Positions 9,812 to 21,150 of a DNA stretch of 56,393 nucleotides are shown one piece after another (position 1 is the first letter of the stretch; the number at the start of each line of letters is the position of its first letter). The translations under genes and the position numbers were made by a program. The notes under the pieces were generated by a model that was not told the origin of the DNA, did not search any database, and saw nothing but the letters and a program-made list of their open reading frames with translations. Origin of the DNA: an uncultured virus (IMG/VR IMGVR_UViG_3300038954_000199) (lineage: Duplodnaviria; Heunggongvirae; Uroviricota; Caudoviricetes); IMG/VR virus record IMGVR_UViG_3300038954_000199; one strand, written 5' to 3'.

Positions 9812-11407
9812 ATGAGAAATTTGGAACAGATAAAATCTAAAATAGTCTCGGATATATTAGATATCAATGATAGTATCAGGTTGGTAGAAGGTGATACGCA
9901 ATACGATGTTATCGTTTCTGCTACAGCATCACAGTTTTATAAATATGAGGTGTTATTAGAACTTGAAGACCGGACAAGAACATTATCGGGATATCAAGAT
10001 ATTATTAATGATGAATCCTTTAAAACAACCGTTGCCGATATTTTAGGCTTTAAAGAAGATGGTACAGCTTATACAGTAGACGACGTTAACGATCTTATAT
10101 CGGATAGACTAACAGCTTATGTAAGTAATTGGGGAGTATCCAGAGGAACAGGATCTTCTGCAAGCGGTACGGTCAGATTGTTCTTATCTAATCAAGATAC
10201 CGTTTCTTGGGATAACAGTACTAAATTTACAAGTAAATCCGGGCAAGAATATACACCGACAAGTTCGTCTTCTGATATTACGCCGGTATTTGATACCAGT
10301 ACAGGATTATATTATGTCGATATATCGGTAGAGTCCGATTCTACCTCCTTAGAGGCTAATGCGACTGTAGGATCAATTACTACAATGGATCCTAAACCCA
10401 CCAATTTTAGTTATGTAACAAATCCGTCGGCATTAAATGGTGGGTCTGATTCTGAATTGGATTTAGATTTGATAAATAGGTCAGAGACTATTTGGGCATC
10501 AAGAGTTAACGGATCCACACAAGCATTTGAACGAATAGCCGAAGCAGAAGATTATGTAGAGGATGTAATTGCACTTAATGAAGATGATCCTGATAATGAG
10601 ATATACTTAGGATCTGTCTGTGATGTGTTTACGCAATTTTCCTCGGACGATACAGAACTAGTAGAAGAAATCTTTTATTGGCCAGGAGAATCTGAAAATG
10701 CGGATGAAGAACAATTTGAATTTACTCCAACTAATCAACCTTTGTGTTCAACTCCAACACCAACAGTATTTATCTATACTACGGCAGGAGTAGAATCTCA
10801 AGTTGTGCCTGATGGAACAGATACAATTGTTTCGGTAGTTACCGACACCAACACCTTTTCAGGTTCCGCAAAAGCAAATAATAAGATAAGTATAAAGATG
10901 GCTTTAAATACTACTAATTACCAAAGAAAAATAAAAATATTATATACCTATGATAAGAATCCATACAAACTTCAAAGTGTCTTTGATGACTCAGAAGAAC
11001 GTATGATTGGTCCGTCTCCACTTGTTAGAAAAGCAACTGATGTTCCAGTAAGGGTTATAATCGAACCACAAATTGCATTTGGATATGTAGAGTCCGATGT
11101 CCAGTCAACAATAACAGATAATATTACAGCCTTTTTTAGCGGGGGAACAACTAGTTTTGGTAGGCAGTATGCACGAAAAGAAATTGGTAAAAATATTAAT
11201 CACTCTGATATTGCAGATATTGTTTTGAGAACAGAAGGAGTTGTTTCTTATGATACCGATACGTTCTTTGTTGTAAATACTTTGACGGGTAGTTTAAATG
11301 ACCCAATAGAAATAAAAAATAATGAATACACAACATTAAATGATGTTCTGTTTTCATATAGTTCAACTAGTCTCTCTAACTTTACAGCCTCGTCTGGAGG
11401 TGTTTAA
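9812..11407 (+). CDS. Baseplate J-like (gp6/gp47) wedge protein
   Basis: WGVSRGTGSSASGTVRL, VTNPSALNGGSDSELDLDLINR and GSVCDVF are baseplate-J motifs. Confidence 0.85.
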   Translation: MRNLEQIKSKIVSDILDINDSIRLVEGDTQYDVIVSATASQFYKYEVLLELEDRTRTLSGYQDIINDESFKTTVADILGFKEDGTAYTVDDVNDLISDRLTAYVSNWGVSRGTGSSASGTVRLFLSNQDTVSWDNSTKFTSKSGQEYTPTSSSSDITPVFDTSTGLYYVDISVESDSTSLEANATVGSITTMDPKPTNFSYVTNPSALNGGSDSELDLDLINRSETIWASRVNGSTQAFERIAEAEDYVEDVIALNEDDPDNEIYLGSVCDVFTQFSSDDTELVEEIFYWPGESENADEEQFEFTPTNQPLCSTPTPTVFIYTTAGVESQVVPDGTDTIVSVVTDTNTFSGSAKANNKISIKMALNTTNYQRKIKILYTYDKNPYKLQSVFDDSEERMIGPSPLVRKATDVPVRVIIEPQIAFGYVESDVQSTITDNITAFFSGGTTSFGRQYARKEIGKNINHSDIADIVLRTEGVVSYDTDTFFVVNTLTGSLNDPIEIKNNEYTTLNDVLFSYSSTSLSNFTASSGGV

Positions 11408-13635
11408 TGGCGCTTACAACACTTTATAGGAATTATACAGTAATTGTTCAGGATTCTGACAGTCCGTATTATCCCAAGAATGATCTTGAACTTCTTCTTT
11501 ATGAAGGTCGGTTAGAAATTAAACCGGATCCAACGGACTCTGGAAATAACGCTGTTTTTCAGTATGGAACTACCACAAAAGCAGTTCGAGTTCAAGATTC
11601 TGATGGAGCAAATGTATCTGCAACCGCAATTGATTCTACCTCCCAACCGGGTGAATACAAATTTACAAGTTTGGATTTAGATGCAACGACATCTGGAAAT
11701 TCCGGAACAACATTATATAGTGTAGTTGCTAGGCCAGTAACCGATAGCGCCACCAATAGTTTTGAGCGTGCCTCTGTTATTGTTGATCGTACAGATATAA
11801 GTGATCCCAATCTTAAACAATTGGTTAAGGCTTCTGTAGGTTCTACTGATTCAATAACTGATAATATGGCAATTGCTGGAGGAACAGTTACATTTGAGCA
11901 ATATGAACACGATGATAATGGACCGAATCTTCAACATGTTAAAATAACTAATATTTCTAGCATTGTTACAGAACTTAGAGAAGACGTTTCAACGGTCCCC
12001 TCGTATGCATCGTCAACAAATAAAGAACGTCTTATTGGTAGATTCAATGTTTTTTATTCTACAACCGACGGTTCAGAATATTTGACCTGGACAGAAGTAC
12101 CTGCATATAGAACAGATGATGACTCATGGGTAATACGATTGCAAGGTGATGAATACAATATATCACGATCACATGATATAGGAAGTGGACCAACAGACAT
12201 AAATCTAGGCGGAATATTAACCAGTCTTACCATTTCGTTATCGTATGCTGAAGGTAATATTCACATCAGATCATTTGATTCCACACCGTCTACTACTTTA
12301 CCGGGGGTAGATGCTACTAAAGAAAAAGTTTGTGTTCATTCTTTCATTGATGGGAGCGGTAACAGAATTGTTGGTGTTGGTAAATGGTCTTATTCGGATG
12401 CTTCTAATACACCATCATATAATTTGGATGTTAAGGGTGATGTAGGAATAAGAGCTAATATTACAGGTGGTAACACTCAATTAAGTATTACTCCGACGAC
12501 GGTAGCTTTGGGTCCGGATACATCTTCGACATTGCATTCTTTATCTTTTTCTAGTTTTGGATCAATTTATACACGTGCATACGTAAATAATCGTAATAAA
12601 TTAGATTTATCAAATAGTAATACTTATTTAGGATATGATTTATCTTCTTATCCATATGTTCATGTTGATTCAACCTCAACCAGTTTGAAAACTTCTGCAT
12701 ATACTTATTTATCTTTGAATACATCAGATGAAATAACTGCCTATATAAATGTAGGTTCATCGGCTAAAAAAGTATTAGAGTTAAAGGTAGCCAACCAAGA
12801 AATTGGTTATGACTTAGCAGGAACAAAAACTTCTTGGTCGGCAACTACTAATTTATTAAAAGCAACGGTTGTGAACCAAATTCAAATTCAGGGAACAGCG
12901 TCATCACTTATAACTGGGGTAAATATTGCTACTTATCCTAAAATAACATATTCAACTTCTTATATTAGGGTAGGAGCTTCATCAAGTTCATATTGGGAAT
13001 CCGTTTATAATGATGGTGAACATTTACGTGCAAAAGTTAATGCAAAAACGTGTCTTGATTTAGATGCAGAAACAGATGCAGTTTTTTCGTCACCATTTGC
13101 AAAAATTGGATATGATATTGATACGGGTTATTCTGCTAAGTATACACCTAACGACCATTACGTTTATGAAGGAACGACGGAACGGTTAAAGATGACTTCG
13201 TCTTTGACAAAATTATCTTTAGTTAATGGATCAAACTCATCTTATATGGAGATGGACTCAGAAAGTTGTACCTTATATGGAACGGATGGGTCTACTACAA
13301 CAACGGTTGTTTTTGGTAATACTAATTCAATTACAACCAATACGGGTATTGATATTAATATGACAGGATCAACAGAAAACTTCGATGTGTCTCTAGGCCC
13401 GTTGTCTGTTTTTAAAGTAGCGTTTTCTACAGGAAATGGTTTTTATGTGAGACCGTTACTTTCCGGGTCCTTTGCCAATAAAACGGCGATACAAATACCG
13501 CACTGTGAAGTAGCAAATAATCCAACTGATCCGTCAGAAGTTACAGGATCTATGTTTCTAAATAATAATTCTGGTACTCACAGAATATGGGTGTTAACAA
13601 GTGAAGGGTGGAAATATATATCATTATATTCATAA
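11407..13635 (+). CDS. Tail fibre / baseplate-attached fibre protein
   Basis: 742 aa Ser/Thr-rich beta protein with VGVG...PSYNLDVKGD fibre motif and a C-terminal GSMFLN...IWV...GWK knob. Confidence 0.6.
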   Translation: MALTTLYRNYTVIVQDSDSPYYPKNDLELLLYEGRLEIKPDPTDSGNNAVFQYGTTTKAVRVQDSDGANVSATAIDSTSQPGEYKFTSLDLDATTSGNSGTTLYSVVARPVTDSATNSFERASVIVDRTDISDPNLKQLVKASVGSTDSITDNMAIAGGTVTFEQYEHDDNGPNLQHVKITNISSIVTELREDVSTVPSYASSTNKERLIGRFNVFYSTTDGSEYLTWTEVPAYRTDDDSWVIRLQGDEYNISRSHDIGSGPTDINLGGILTSLTISLSYAEGNIHIRSFDSTPSTTLPGVDATKEKVCVHSFIDGSGNRIVGVGKWSYSDASNTPSYNLDVKGDVGIRANITGGNTQLSITPTTVALGPDTSSTLHSLSFSSFGSIYTRAYVNNRNKLDLSNSNTYLGYDLSSYPYVHVDSTSTSLKTSAYTYLSLNTSDEITAYINVGSSAKKVLELKVANQEIGYDLAGTKTSWSATTNLLKATVVNQIQIQGTASSLITGVNIATYPKITYSTSYIRVGASSSSYWESVYNDGEHLRAKVNAKTCLDLDAETDAVFSSPFAKIGYDIDTGYSAKYTPNDHYVYEGTTERLKMTSSLTKLSLVNGSNSSYMEMDSESCTLYGTDGSTTTTVVFGNTNSITTNTGIDINMTGSTENFDVSLGPLSVFKVAFSTGNGFYVRPLLSGSFANKTAIQIPHCEVANNPTDPSEVTGSMFLNNNSGTHRIWVLTSEGWKYISLYS

Positions 13636-13657
13636 ACTGTTTAACAAAGGATGAACG

Positions 13658-14011
13658 ATGAGAAAAATTACGCTGACACCAACAGAATCAAAAATCATGT
13701 TTGATGCCTTAGATCAAGGATCACCACAACAAGGTCTTACTGTTTCTGAAATAAGAAAGGCCTTGCCGGTATTAGATAAGATTGAAGAAAGTGCTGAAAA
13801 AAGAGTTGTTAATACTCAGAATGGACCAAATGAAGTATTAGATTTTAAAGAAACTATTCTTGAGCTTAAAGAAAGTGAATACTCATACTGTCTACAAAAA
13901 GTAGAGAATTCATCTGGTTGGGTATCCGCAACATTTGGTAGACACATTATTAAACTTATTGATAAATTAAAAGAGTCTCCTATTATTGAAGAAGAAAAAG
14001 GTGGTAAATAA
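13658..14011 (+). CDS. Putative tail fibre chaperone
   Basis: Small helical acidic protein directly after a fibre gene; AAAGGA SD; loosely similar to 21151..21597. Confidence 0.4.
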   Translation: MRKITLTPTESKIMFDALDQGSPQQGLTVSEIRKALPVLDKIEESAEKRVVNTQNGPNEVLDFKETILELKESEYSYCLQKVENSSGWVSATFGRHIIKLIDKLKESPIIEEEKGGK

Positions 14012-14322
14012 TGAAGGCTGGAGATATTAAGAAATGTCTAGAAAAAGCTATTCTTTCACAGGATAGAAGATTTGATCCGAAATCTTTTAATATTCATGAT
14101 AATTTTATTCTTAGTGCATTTAGTGCATATAGAAATGGGGAATCTTCGGAATACATTAAAACTTTGGTAGAATCGTTTATAACAACAGAAGAGTTAACTG
14201 TTCATAGAAGAGTTGCTGTTCTTAGAATGATTAGAGACGTTTTAACAGGTCTTTCTAAACCGGGAATTACCGATAAAGAAAAGACTAGATTAAAATCCCT
14301 GTTGACGGCATATTTTATATAA
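14011..14322 (+). CDS. Hypothetical protein
   Basis: 103 aa ORF with TAATG coupling inside the structural operon. Confidence 0.6.
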   Translation: MKAGDIKKCLEKAILSQDRRFDPKSFNIHDNFILSAFSAYRNGESSEYIKTLVESFITTEELTVHRRVAVLRMIRDVLTGLSKPGITDKEKTRLKSLLTAYFI

Positions 14323-14334
14323 TAAGGATGACTT

Positions 14335-17300
14335 GTGGCTCATTTTACTTATAGTACAACTACTCCTAATTTACCCAGTTATCTGTTTGAAGCAGACCTT
14401 GTATCATATATCATTGTTCCTCAAAACTTCACGGTAGTTCCTACTAAAGATGGAACTGTGGAGCTTCATTGGGAAAAACATAGAAACACAGGTAATGCTA
14501 CTAATGACCTTTATACAGAAATTTATAGAAGTTCTGATCTTAATGATTGGACTTTATTACAAACCTCTGCATGGTCTACTAATACATATACAGATAGTGA
14601 TGTAAAAGTTAACTCTATTTATTATTACAGATTGAGATTTGTTCGAAAAGAATCCGATGTTATAACGAATACATCAGAGTATACCTCTCCATTATCAGCT
14701 AAAGTTGTTACTCGATTAGGATTTGAGCCACGAGACACGTATTCTAATAAGTTTTTCAATTATTTAATTGACAATCTTCCTGGAACACGAATATACGATC
14801 ATACAAACGCGGCCTATTTTTCATCTAACAAATATTATTTGTGGCAAACAACTTGTAAAATACTGGAAAGTTTTAACCTGTATGTAAACGGGTCTCTCGC
14901 CCACAGTGAAGACGAAGATACTACAGCCTTATATGCTAAAAGACCCGTATCTTTTATATTGGACAAAAAACATTCAAAGCTGACAAGTTTATCTGATGGT
15001 GCATCTGGTGAAACTATACAAGTAAATTCTTACTTAATTTACACTTTCTTAATGTCATATGCTACACAATTTTTAACATTGTATGAAAAATACTTTCAAG
15101 TGGTAGCTGATAAATTTATTGACTACTCCCAAATATATACAAAAGGATTTAAACCTGTTGTATCTGATCAAAAAGACATCTCTGTAGCAGATATCTGGTA
15201 TTCTTTTGGATCATTAATGAATTTAAAACCATTACGGTCACAAAGTACTTCTCAAGGAATTAAGAAGTACAAAAATATGTTAAAAACCAGTTTTTCTAAT
15301 CAAGACAACGTTGGAAAAATAAAAGGTATTAATCAAGCCTGTGACAATGTTTTGGGAATAACTAATCAAACAATTTTTGAATATCATAAACAACATTGGT
15401 TTAAATCAGATCGGGAACAAAAATTATATGTGATCCCTTCGGGGGTAGCTGAGGGGGTAGATCAGTATATTGGGTATGTTAATCCAAGTAGTGGATCAGT
15501 GTCACCAGAAAACGCTTTAGAATACACCTTAAACGATGATAGATTTTGGGCAACGGTATGGTATACTCAAGATAGTTCTTCAACAACAGGAGAATTAAAT
15601 GTTACCGGTAGTTCACCAGGATCTCCTAATACATATTTGTTCAATGTTAAACTTCATCCAACAGGTGTGACCACGGCAAACGATGTTATAAATTTATTTT
15701 CAGCAGATCCTGTTGGTAGTAGTTTATTATCAGTAGAAAATTCTGGTTCGAGTCCGGGTACGGGTACTTTTCCATATATTAGTGGCGGATATGATGGAAT
15801 GTTTTTAAGAATGCATAGTCCGTGGATAGGATGGGAAGACACAAACCTTAAATTGTACAACAAAACATATCAATTAAAGGATACGTCTGAAACACTTATT
15901 ACTGATGAAGACATTTCTAATTTTAGTTGTACGATATCTGAAGAGGACCCGTCTGTAACACTTCTTCCTTCCGGTCAGACGATAACAGGAACATTCTCTG
16001 AATCTACAAATTGGGAACGAATGGAATGTAATGATCTACTTATTGTTAGAGACGATAATTCAGAAGGTGTGAGTTATTTTAAGACGAGTATTGTTAAACC
16101 TTCATTTACCGGAGAAAAAAGAGTATTATTTAAAATTAATATGACTACCAATTTAAAATGGATTAAGAGAGCCTTATTAAAGATATTTATTAATCATTCA
16201 TCGGAAGCTGGTTATTTACGACTATACAGGATAAGAAAAAAATATAGCACATCAAAAGTATGTTGGAATTATAGAGATAGTGAAACAGTTAGTTCTGGAT
16301 ATGAGTGGAATAACACAAATTTAGAATATGATTCTGCATCTAGTACCTGGGTTACTACAGATTGGGAGGAGGACGGCGCAAAAGCGGATTCCGATGCCGT
16401 GTTTTTAAAAGAATTTGCAATACCTAAAATTGATATTGATTCACCGACTTGGGCAACAATGGATATAACTGACGTAATAAAAAATATATATAAGTATGAA
16501 GTATCCAGATTAGATATGGGAGAAGATCCTGAAAATATTTTGGAAACAGGATTCATGCTAACTGCTGAAGGTTTTTCAAATCAATCTATAATTAGTATAA
16601 AAGGGAATACAGATTCTACCCTAAAACCTAAAATTTATTGGGAGCGATTAAATAGAGGTTTTTATCAAATGCCTCCTAATAGTACAAAATATTTTTATAT
16701 TGATGGAACAACAAGATATGGTAGACTTCTTGTTAAAGATTCTGATAGAGAACCGATAAGTTATGTAAAAACAGTTCATGAAAAAATTAGACAGGAAGAT
16801 ATAAAATTTACTTCCGATGTTCAAATTAAAGTGTCGTCTGTTCCAACAGACTTTTCCTCGGATTCTATTTTATATGGAGAAACTTCAAAAGCAGTAGGAA
16901 CAATATCCTCTATAACAGAAAATACTTTATACGTTTCTATGGATATTAAAAATTTTGAATCCGGAGAAACAATAAGATTACTTTCCGATGAATCCGTTAC
17001 TACTACGATATCCTCCGTTTCCTATACAGGTAATAAATATGTAAGACTTTCACGAGTACCGGAATCTACGTCCATTATAAGAGTATACCACACAGGGTCA
17101 GAGTCAACACCAGCCACATACCCATCAGAATATCCAATGTATGAGTCTTGGGAAGAAGAAGGTGATGGTATTGAACCCGTATTCTTGTCTTCCCCTAGTG
17201 GATCTCTTAATAGTTTCGCTTCCAGAGATAATAACGAACTAAATGTTATTCATCTTAATTCTTCTGATCCGGTTTCGGATATAGGTGATGTTATAGTAAC

Positions 17301-17652
17301 ATATCAATACCAATATGATTATATCTTATTAGGTAGAGCACGGTCTGATAGTGATAGCGTATACAGAATTGAAGGATGCAATAGACTTGGAAATGGGTTG
17401 TACTCTCAAATAGAAAATGACTATTTGTATCAAACAGATCTAATGTTACCAATGCCCTCTACGGGCCAATTGGTAGATATTTCAGGAGATACTACTATAA
17501 ATGATTATTCTGATTTTAATCTTAATGTTTTAGGTAACGCAATCGGAAATATTCGTAAATATAATGGGATGGTAGATATATTTAAATACAATCCTGAAGA
17601 TAAACCATATCAATTTGGTCATCTATATCATTCATTCTTAAAAAGGTATTAA
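14335..17652 (+). CDS. Large baseplate wedge protein with FN3-like and DNRLRE/CBM96-like domains
   Basis: N-terminal FN3 signature (VELHW...EIYRS...YTDSDV...YYYRLR); wedge-like GKIKGINQA; central RVLFKI...RALLKIF...VCWN...WATMDITDVIK...GFMLT...PKI. Confidence 0.6.
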   Translation: MAHFTYSTTTPNLPSYLFEADLVSYIIVPQNFTVVPTKDGTVELHWEKHRNTGNATNDLYTEIYRSSDLNDWTLLQTSAWSTNTYTDSDVKVNSIYYYRLRFVRKESDVITNTSEYTSPLSAKVVTRLGFEPRDTYSNKFFNYLIDNLPGTRIYDHTNAAYFSSNKYYLWQTTCKILESFNLYVNGSLAHSEDEDTTALYAKRPVSFILDKKHSKLTSLSDGASGETIQVNSYLIYTFLMSYATQFLTLYEKYFQVVADKFIDYSQIYTKGFKPVVSDQKDISVADIWYSFGSLMNLKPLRSQSTSQGIKKYKNMLKTSFSNQDNVGKIKGINQACDNVLGITNQTIFEYHKQHWFKSDREQKLYVIPSGVAEGVDQYIGYVNPSSGSVSPENALEYTLNDDRFWATVWYTQDSSSTTGELNVTGSSPGSPNTYLFNVKLHPTGVTTANDVINLFSADPVGSSLLSVENSGSSPGTGTFPYISGGYDGMFLRMHSPWIGWEDTNLKLYNKTYQLKDTSETLITDEDISNFSCTISEEDPSVTLLPSGQTITGTFSESTNWERMECNDLLIVRDDNSEGVSYFKTSIVKPSFTGEKRVLFKINMTTNLKWIKRALLKIFINHSSEAGYLRLYRIRKKYSTSKVCWNYRDSETVSSGYEWNNTNLEYDSASSTWVTTDWEEDGAKADSDAVFLKEFAIPKIDIDSPTWATMDITDVIKNIYKYEVSRLDMGEDPENILETGFMLTAEGFSNQSIISIKGNTDSTLKPKIYWERLNRGFYQMPPNSTKYFYIDGTTRYGRLLVKDSDREPISYVKTVHEKIRQEDIKFTSDVQIKVSSVPTDFSSDSILYGETSKAVGTISSITENTLYVSMDIKNFESGETIRLLSDESVTTTISSVSYTGNKYVRLSRVPESTSIIRVYHTGSESTPATYPSEYPMYESWEEEGDGIEPVFLSSPSGSLNSFASRDNNELNVIHLNSSDPVSDIGDVIVTYQYQYDYILLGRARSDSDSVYRIEGCNRLGNGLYSQIENDYLYQTDLMLPMPSTGQLVDISGDTTINDYSDFNLNVLGNAIGNIRKYNGMVDIFKYNPEDKPYQFGHLYHSFLKRY

Positions 17653-17653
17653 C

Positions 17654-18208
17654 ATGATTATAGAAGAAGAAAGACAAATATCAACAACACAGTTCCATAA
17701 AGGTTATGATGTAACAGCGGATATGCTAAATGCTATGAGCCAATATTTAAATAGAGAAATAGCAGACCGAACAAAAGACCTAATGGACTATCCAGGGTTT
17801 GCGTATGGATTTAAAATCGGTGCTATTTCCGGACAAACAATAACCATTACTGCTGGTAGTGGATTTGATCAAAGTGGTAGACGATTATATCACCCTGCAT
17901 CTAAATCTTATAAGATAGCATTTCCTTCTTCTGGGACAGGAATTACTACGGGGTATCTTTGTGTCAAAGCGTATGAAAAAGACATTGATTATAGAATACA
18001 TCCTTATACAGGAGAAAGGCTTCCTGTAGAAACATATGTAGGTCTTGAATTTTTTATTGATTTTAATACTTATACAAATTCACAGGCAAAAATATATCCT
18101 AGTGATAATAATGGTCTTGTTTTGGCTAAACTTACTGTTTCTGGTGTGAGTTACGAAGCAGATCAAATAAATTTCAGATCTCCGTTCATAAAGATGAAAA
18201 TAGGTTAG
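17654..18208 (+). CDS. Fibre-anchor/adaptor protein
   Basis: FHKGYDVTADMLN...YPGFAYGF...ITAGSGFDQSGRRL resembles N-terminal anchoring domains of contractile-system fibres; has a split paralogue downstream. Confidence 0.55.
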   Translation: MIIEEERQISTTQFHKGYDVTADMLNAMSQYLNREIADRTKDLMDYPGFAYGFKIGAISGQTITITAGSGFDQSGRRLYHPASKSYKIAFPSSGTGITTGYLCVKAYEKDIDYRIHPYTGERLPVETYVGLEFFIDFNTYTNSQAKIYPSDNNGLVLAKLTVSGVSYEADQINFRSPFIKMKIG

Positions 18209-18216
18209 GGGGAAAT

Positions 18217-20124
18217 GTGGCTACATATAGAGGATTTACAATAAATGAGCAGGGTGATCCGGCACCATGGGGAACTACTGAAAACTCACTGTTCAAATCT
18301 ATATTAGATTTTTTACCTCAGAGTTCCGATTCTTCAATTATAAATAATGAGGAGCATAAACATTATAAGCTATATGATACTGGTGGATCATTAGCAGTAT
18401 CGGTAAATGCTACGGGCAATGTAACTGTTAGCGGCATGACTGTTGCGGGGTTTGTTAAAAACGATGCTTCCGGGGTATTGAGCGGTGGAAACTCTATTGC
18501 TGTTGGTGATCTACCGGCACATGCGACTACACACGAAAGCGGTGGCGTTGATACTGTAGACCACGACAATCTTGTAAACTTCGTTGGAAACAAGCATATC
18601 GACCATACGTCTGTTTCGCTTACTGCGGGTGATGGGCTGACTGGTGGAGGTGATATATCCTCGAGCAGGTCTTTTGCCGTTGGTGCTGGTACGGGTATTA
18701 CTGTTAATGCCAATGATATTGCGATAAAAAACGCAGGATCTTTGACAGACGGTCGTATCACGTATTGGGACGATGAAAATGGTCAGCTTGCAGATACCGA
18801 GGCATATTGGGATTCTGTAAATAGTCGGTTTGGAATCGGCACAGACGCACCCAACTATTTCATTGACGCACAAACGTCCGGAGTTGCCCGTTTGCTGCAG
18901 CTTAAACGCACGGATGCCGGGTCGGTTTATCAATTATTTACGGATTCAAGTGGCGATTATTGGTTGATCGGACATGAGAGTGGAAACAATTTTATTTTAA
19001 ATTACAACGGTTCTGAAAAGGTTGTGTGGACTTCAGACGGCGATTTTGGACTTGGCGGCAATCCTAATCGGCGCGTTGAAATTACAGATTCGTCAACTGT
19101 CTATGTAAGATTGACAAATACTGATACAACCGTTGAAGCCGATCAAGTTATTTCCGCGATTGAATCGTATTCATCGGACGCCTCCACGAACTGCGCGGAC
19201 GTCTGGAATAAAATTGAATTTGCGGCTGCTGGCGACCATACCGCAAACGACCATAAAACAAAAACATCGTTTTATAACTCTGACGCTACGAATTTACGTG
19301 AGTCAATGCGTATTGACCAGGCTGATGAATCCCTATCCCTGTATTGCAGCAACACGGAGCAGATTGGCATCGAGTGGCGAAACATGAGCTATGATAAATT
19401 CTCCGCCGGAATCCGCCTTATTGACGGAGGAGGGACTTGGGCGAAATGGGGTCTTGGTTTTTATACCGGCGACGATGACGATAATTCGACAGACGCCAGT
19501 TTGCGTATGTCTATTATGCGTGATGGAAAGGTTATTATCGGTGATACCAGTTCGTCGTACAAATTCAAAGTCCAGGACTCCTCGGACTCTACGAACCTGC
19601 TTGCAAATTTCGAAAACCCAAATACAGGAACATCTGCCGCCGGTGAAATACGCGTGAACGCAGAAGGCAATCATGCGTTTATTCGTGCTTACGGTGATTC
19701 GCATTCGACCGATGCTTATAATGTTGATTTTGGTGCTGCGGACGTTGGACCATTCTCAGCTGTTAGCATTGTGTCCGGTGGGATCCGGAGAATAACGGCT
19801 TACCGCAGCGGCAATATTGTAATCAACGAAGATGGAGAAGATACAAATTTACGAATTGAGGGCAGCGGTAACGCCAACCTGTTATTTTGCGATGGCGGCA
19901 ACGATAGGGTAGGCATCAAGACAAACTCCCCGCTGGCCGAACTTGACGTTAACGGTTCGCGAGTGGTGCGGTATGGCGGTTATGACTATTTCTTAAAAAA
20001 CGGCGCAAGTGCTTTAGCAGAGAATGGGAACTGGCGGACTTATGTTGATGCGTCTGACGATCTTGTCACAGAGACACGTATTGGTGGCTCCTGGACGACA
20101 ATACAAACATTGAGTGCGAGCTGA
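18217..20124 (+). CDS. Tail fibre (receptor-binding) protein
   Basis: AGDGLTGGG, RFGIGTDAP, RMSIMRDGKVIIG and RVGIKTNSPLAELDVNG are fibre-shaft repeats. Confidence 0.8.
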   Translation: MATYRGFTINEQGDPAPWGTTENSLFKSILDFLPQSSDSSIINNEEHKHYKLYDTGGSLAVSVNATGNVTVSGMTVAGFVKNDASGVLSGGNSIAVGDLPAHATTHESGGVDTVDHDNLVNFVGNKHIDHTSVSLTAGDGLTGGGDISSSRSFAVGAGTGITVNANDIAIKNAGSLTDGRITYWDDENGQLADTEAYWDSVNSRFGIGTDAPNYFIDAQTSGVARLLQLKRTDAGSVYQLFTDSSGDYWLIGHESGNNFILNYNGSEKVVWTSDGDFGLGGNPNRRVEITDSSTVYVRLTNTDTTVEADQVISAIESYSSDASTNCADVWNKIEFAAAGDHTANDHKTKTSFYNSDATNLRESMRIDQADESLSLYCSNTEQIGIEWRNMSYDKFSAGIRLIDGGGTWAKWGLGFYTGDDDDNSTDASLRMSIMRDGKVIIGDTSSSYKFKVQDSSDSTNLLANFENPNTGTSAAGEIRVNAEGNHAFIRAYGDSHSTDAYNVDFGAADVGPFSAVSIVSGGIRRITAYRSGNIVINEDGEDTNLRIEGSGNANLLFCDGGNDRVGIKTNSPLAELDVNGSRVVRYGGYDYFLKNGASALAENGNWRTYVDASDDLVTETRIGGSWTTIQTLSAS

Positions 20125-20567
20125 TGGGACGAAAAACTTTATCAAGCGGAGATTCGTTTACGTGTACTGATCTGGAAGTTGGATCTGACACCGGGACGTT
20201 TGACGTTAAATTAAAAATTGCTGAACTCTACATGAATGCGACCATAGAGCTTGAAGAGTCAGATGAATTTGAATGGGACGGTAACGTTGCGGCGGGAGAC
20301 TGGAACAATCTATACACTCCAACCGTTGGCAGTAGCGAGACCGGGTACATAATGGTGATTGACGAAAAGGACGACGGCAGCTATGACATGGCTTACGTCA
20401 AATACACCGAGGCCGGAGGCGGTAGCGTGACGCTTGTCGTTGAAGAAGCAAGTACGCGCGTGCAGTTTCAGGACAATTCCGGAACCATACAGATTGCAAA
20501 CAATGTTAATCCGGGCGCGGGTCATTGGCTTAAGGCGTATACTCGAATAAGCGTGGGGACTGACTGA
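20124..20567 (+). CDS. Fibre-associated beta protein
   Basis: TGATG-coupled acidic beta-strand ORF within the GC-richer cassette. Confidence 0.5.
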   Translation: MGRKTLSSGDSFTCTDLEVGSDTGTFDVKLKIAELYMNATIELEESDEFEWDGNVAAGDWNNLYTPTVGSSETGYIMVIDEKDDGSYDMAYVKYTEAGGGSVTLVVEEASTRVQFQDNSGTIQIANNVNPGAGHWLKAYTRISVGTD

Positions 20568-21139
20568 TGCCTGTAAAAGTTCATGGCGGCGTAAAAGTAA
20601 CAAGCGATTTGGATCAAGGCGACCTTAGCGATTTCGCTTTTGCAGATCACACCGATTATAGTATGTCATATACTCCTGACGTCGGCGAGTGCGGCATAAT
20701 TAAAATTGATACGGCATATTACGGGGAGGCCGAGTTTCATTGTCTTGATTGTGGAGTTGTACTTGATACGTATTCCCATTCAGACACAGATTGGGCGTAT
20801 TATTTTTATCATAAAACAGACGCGACAACTGTGGCGTTTAAACGATTTCGATCAAAAAATAGTGCAGACCCTGTTATTGACTGTCTTGAAATAACGTATA
20901 GCAGCTACGGCGAGTTAGTAGGCTATACGGCCAGCATATCTTTGCAAAATGACAGCGGTGATATAAAAACTTTATCAAGCATGGGCGATCTGTCGGGTGA
21001 TTTGCCACATAGTGAAAGGACGGAATTATTTAAAATTAGCGATGGTGGCGCTCATGACAATCACAACGGAAGGGGGGATGGGGAAAATGGTGGAGAGTAT
21101 GGATTAATATTAATAAAGCGATTTAAAAAATCATCTTAA
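20567..21139 (+). CDS. Fibre-associated protein
   Basis: TGATG-coupled; loosely resembles the previous ORF (YTPTVG...GYIMV vs YTPDVG...GIIKI; FQDNSGTI vs LQNDSGDI). Confidence 0.5.
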   Translation: MPVKVHGGVKVTSDLDQGDLSDFAFADHTDYSMSYTPDVGECGIIKIDTAYYGEAEFHCLDCGVVLDTYSHSDTDWAYYFYHKTDATTVAFKRFRSKNSADPVIDCLEITYSSYGELVGYTASISLQNDSGDIKTLSSMGDLSGDLPHSERTELFKISDGGAHDNHNGRGDGENGGEYGLILIKRFKKSS

Positions 21140-21150
21140 AGGAGTCCAAA

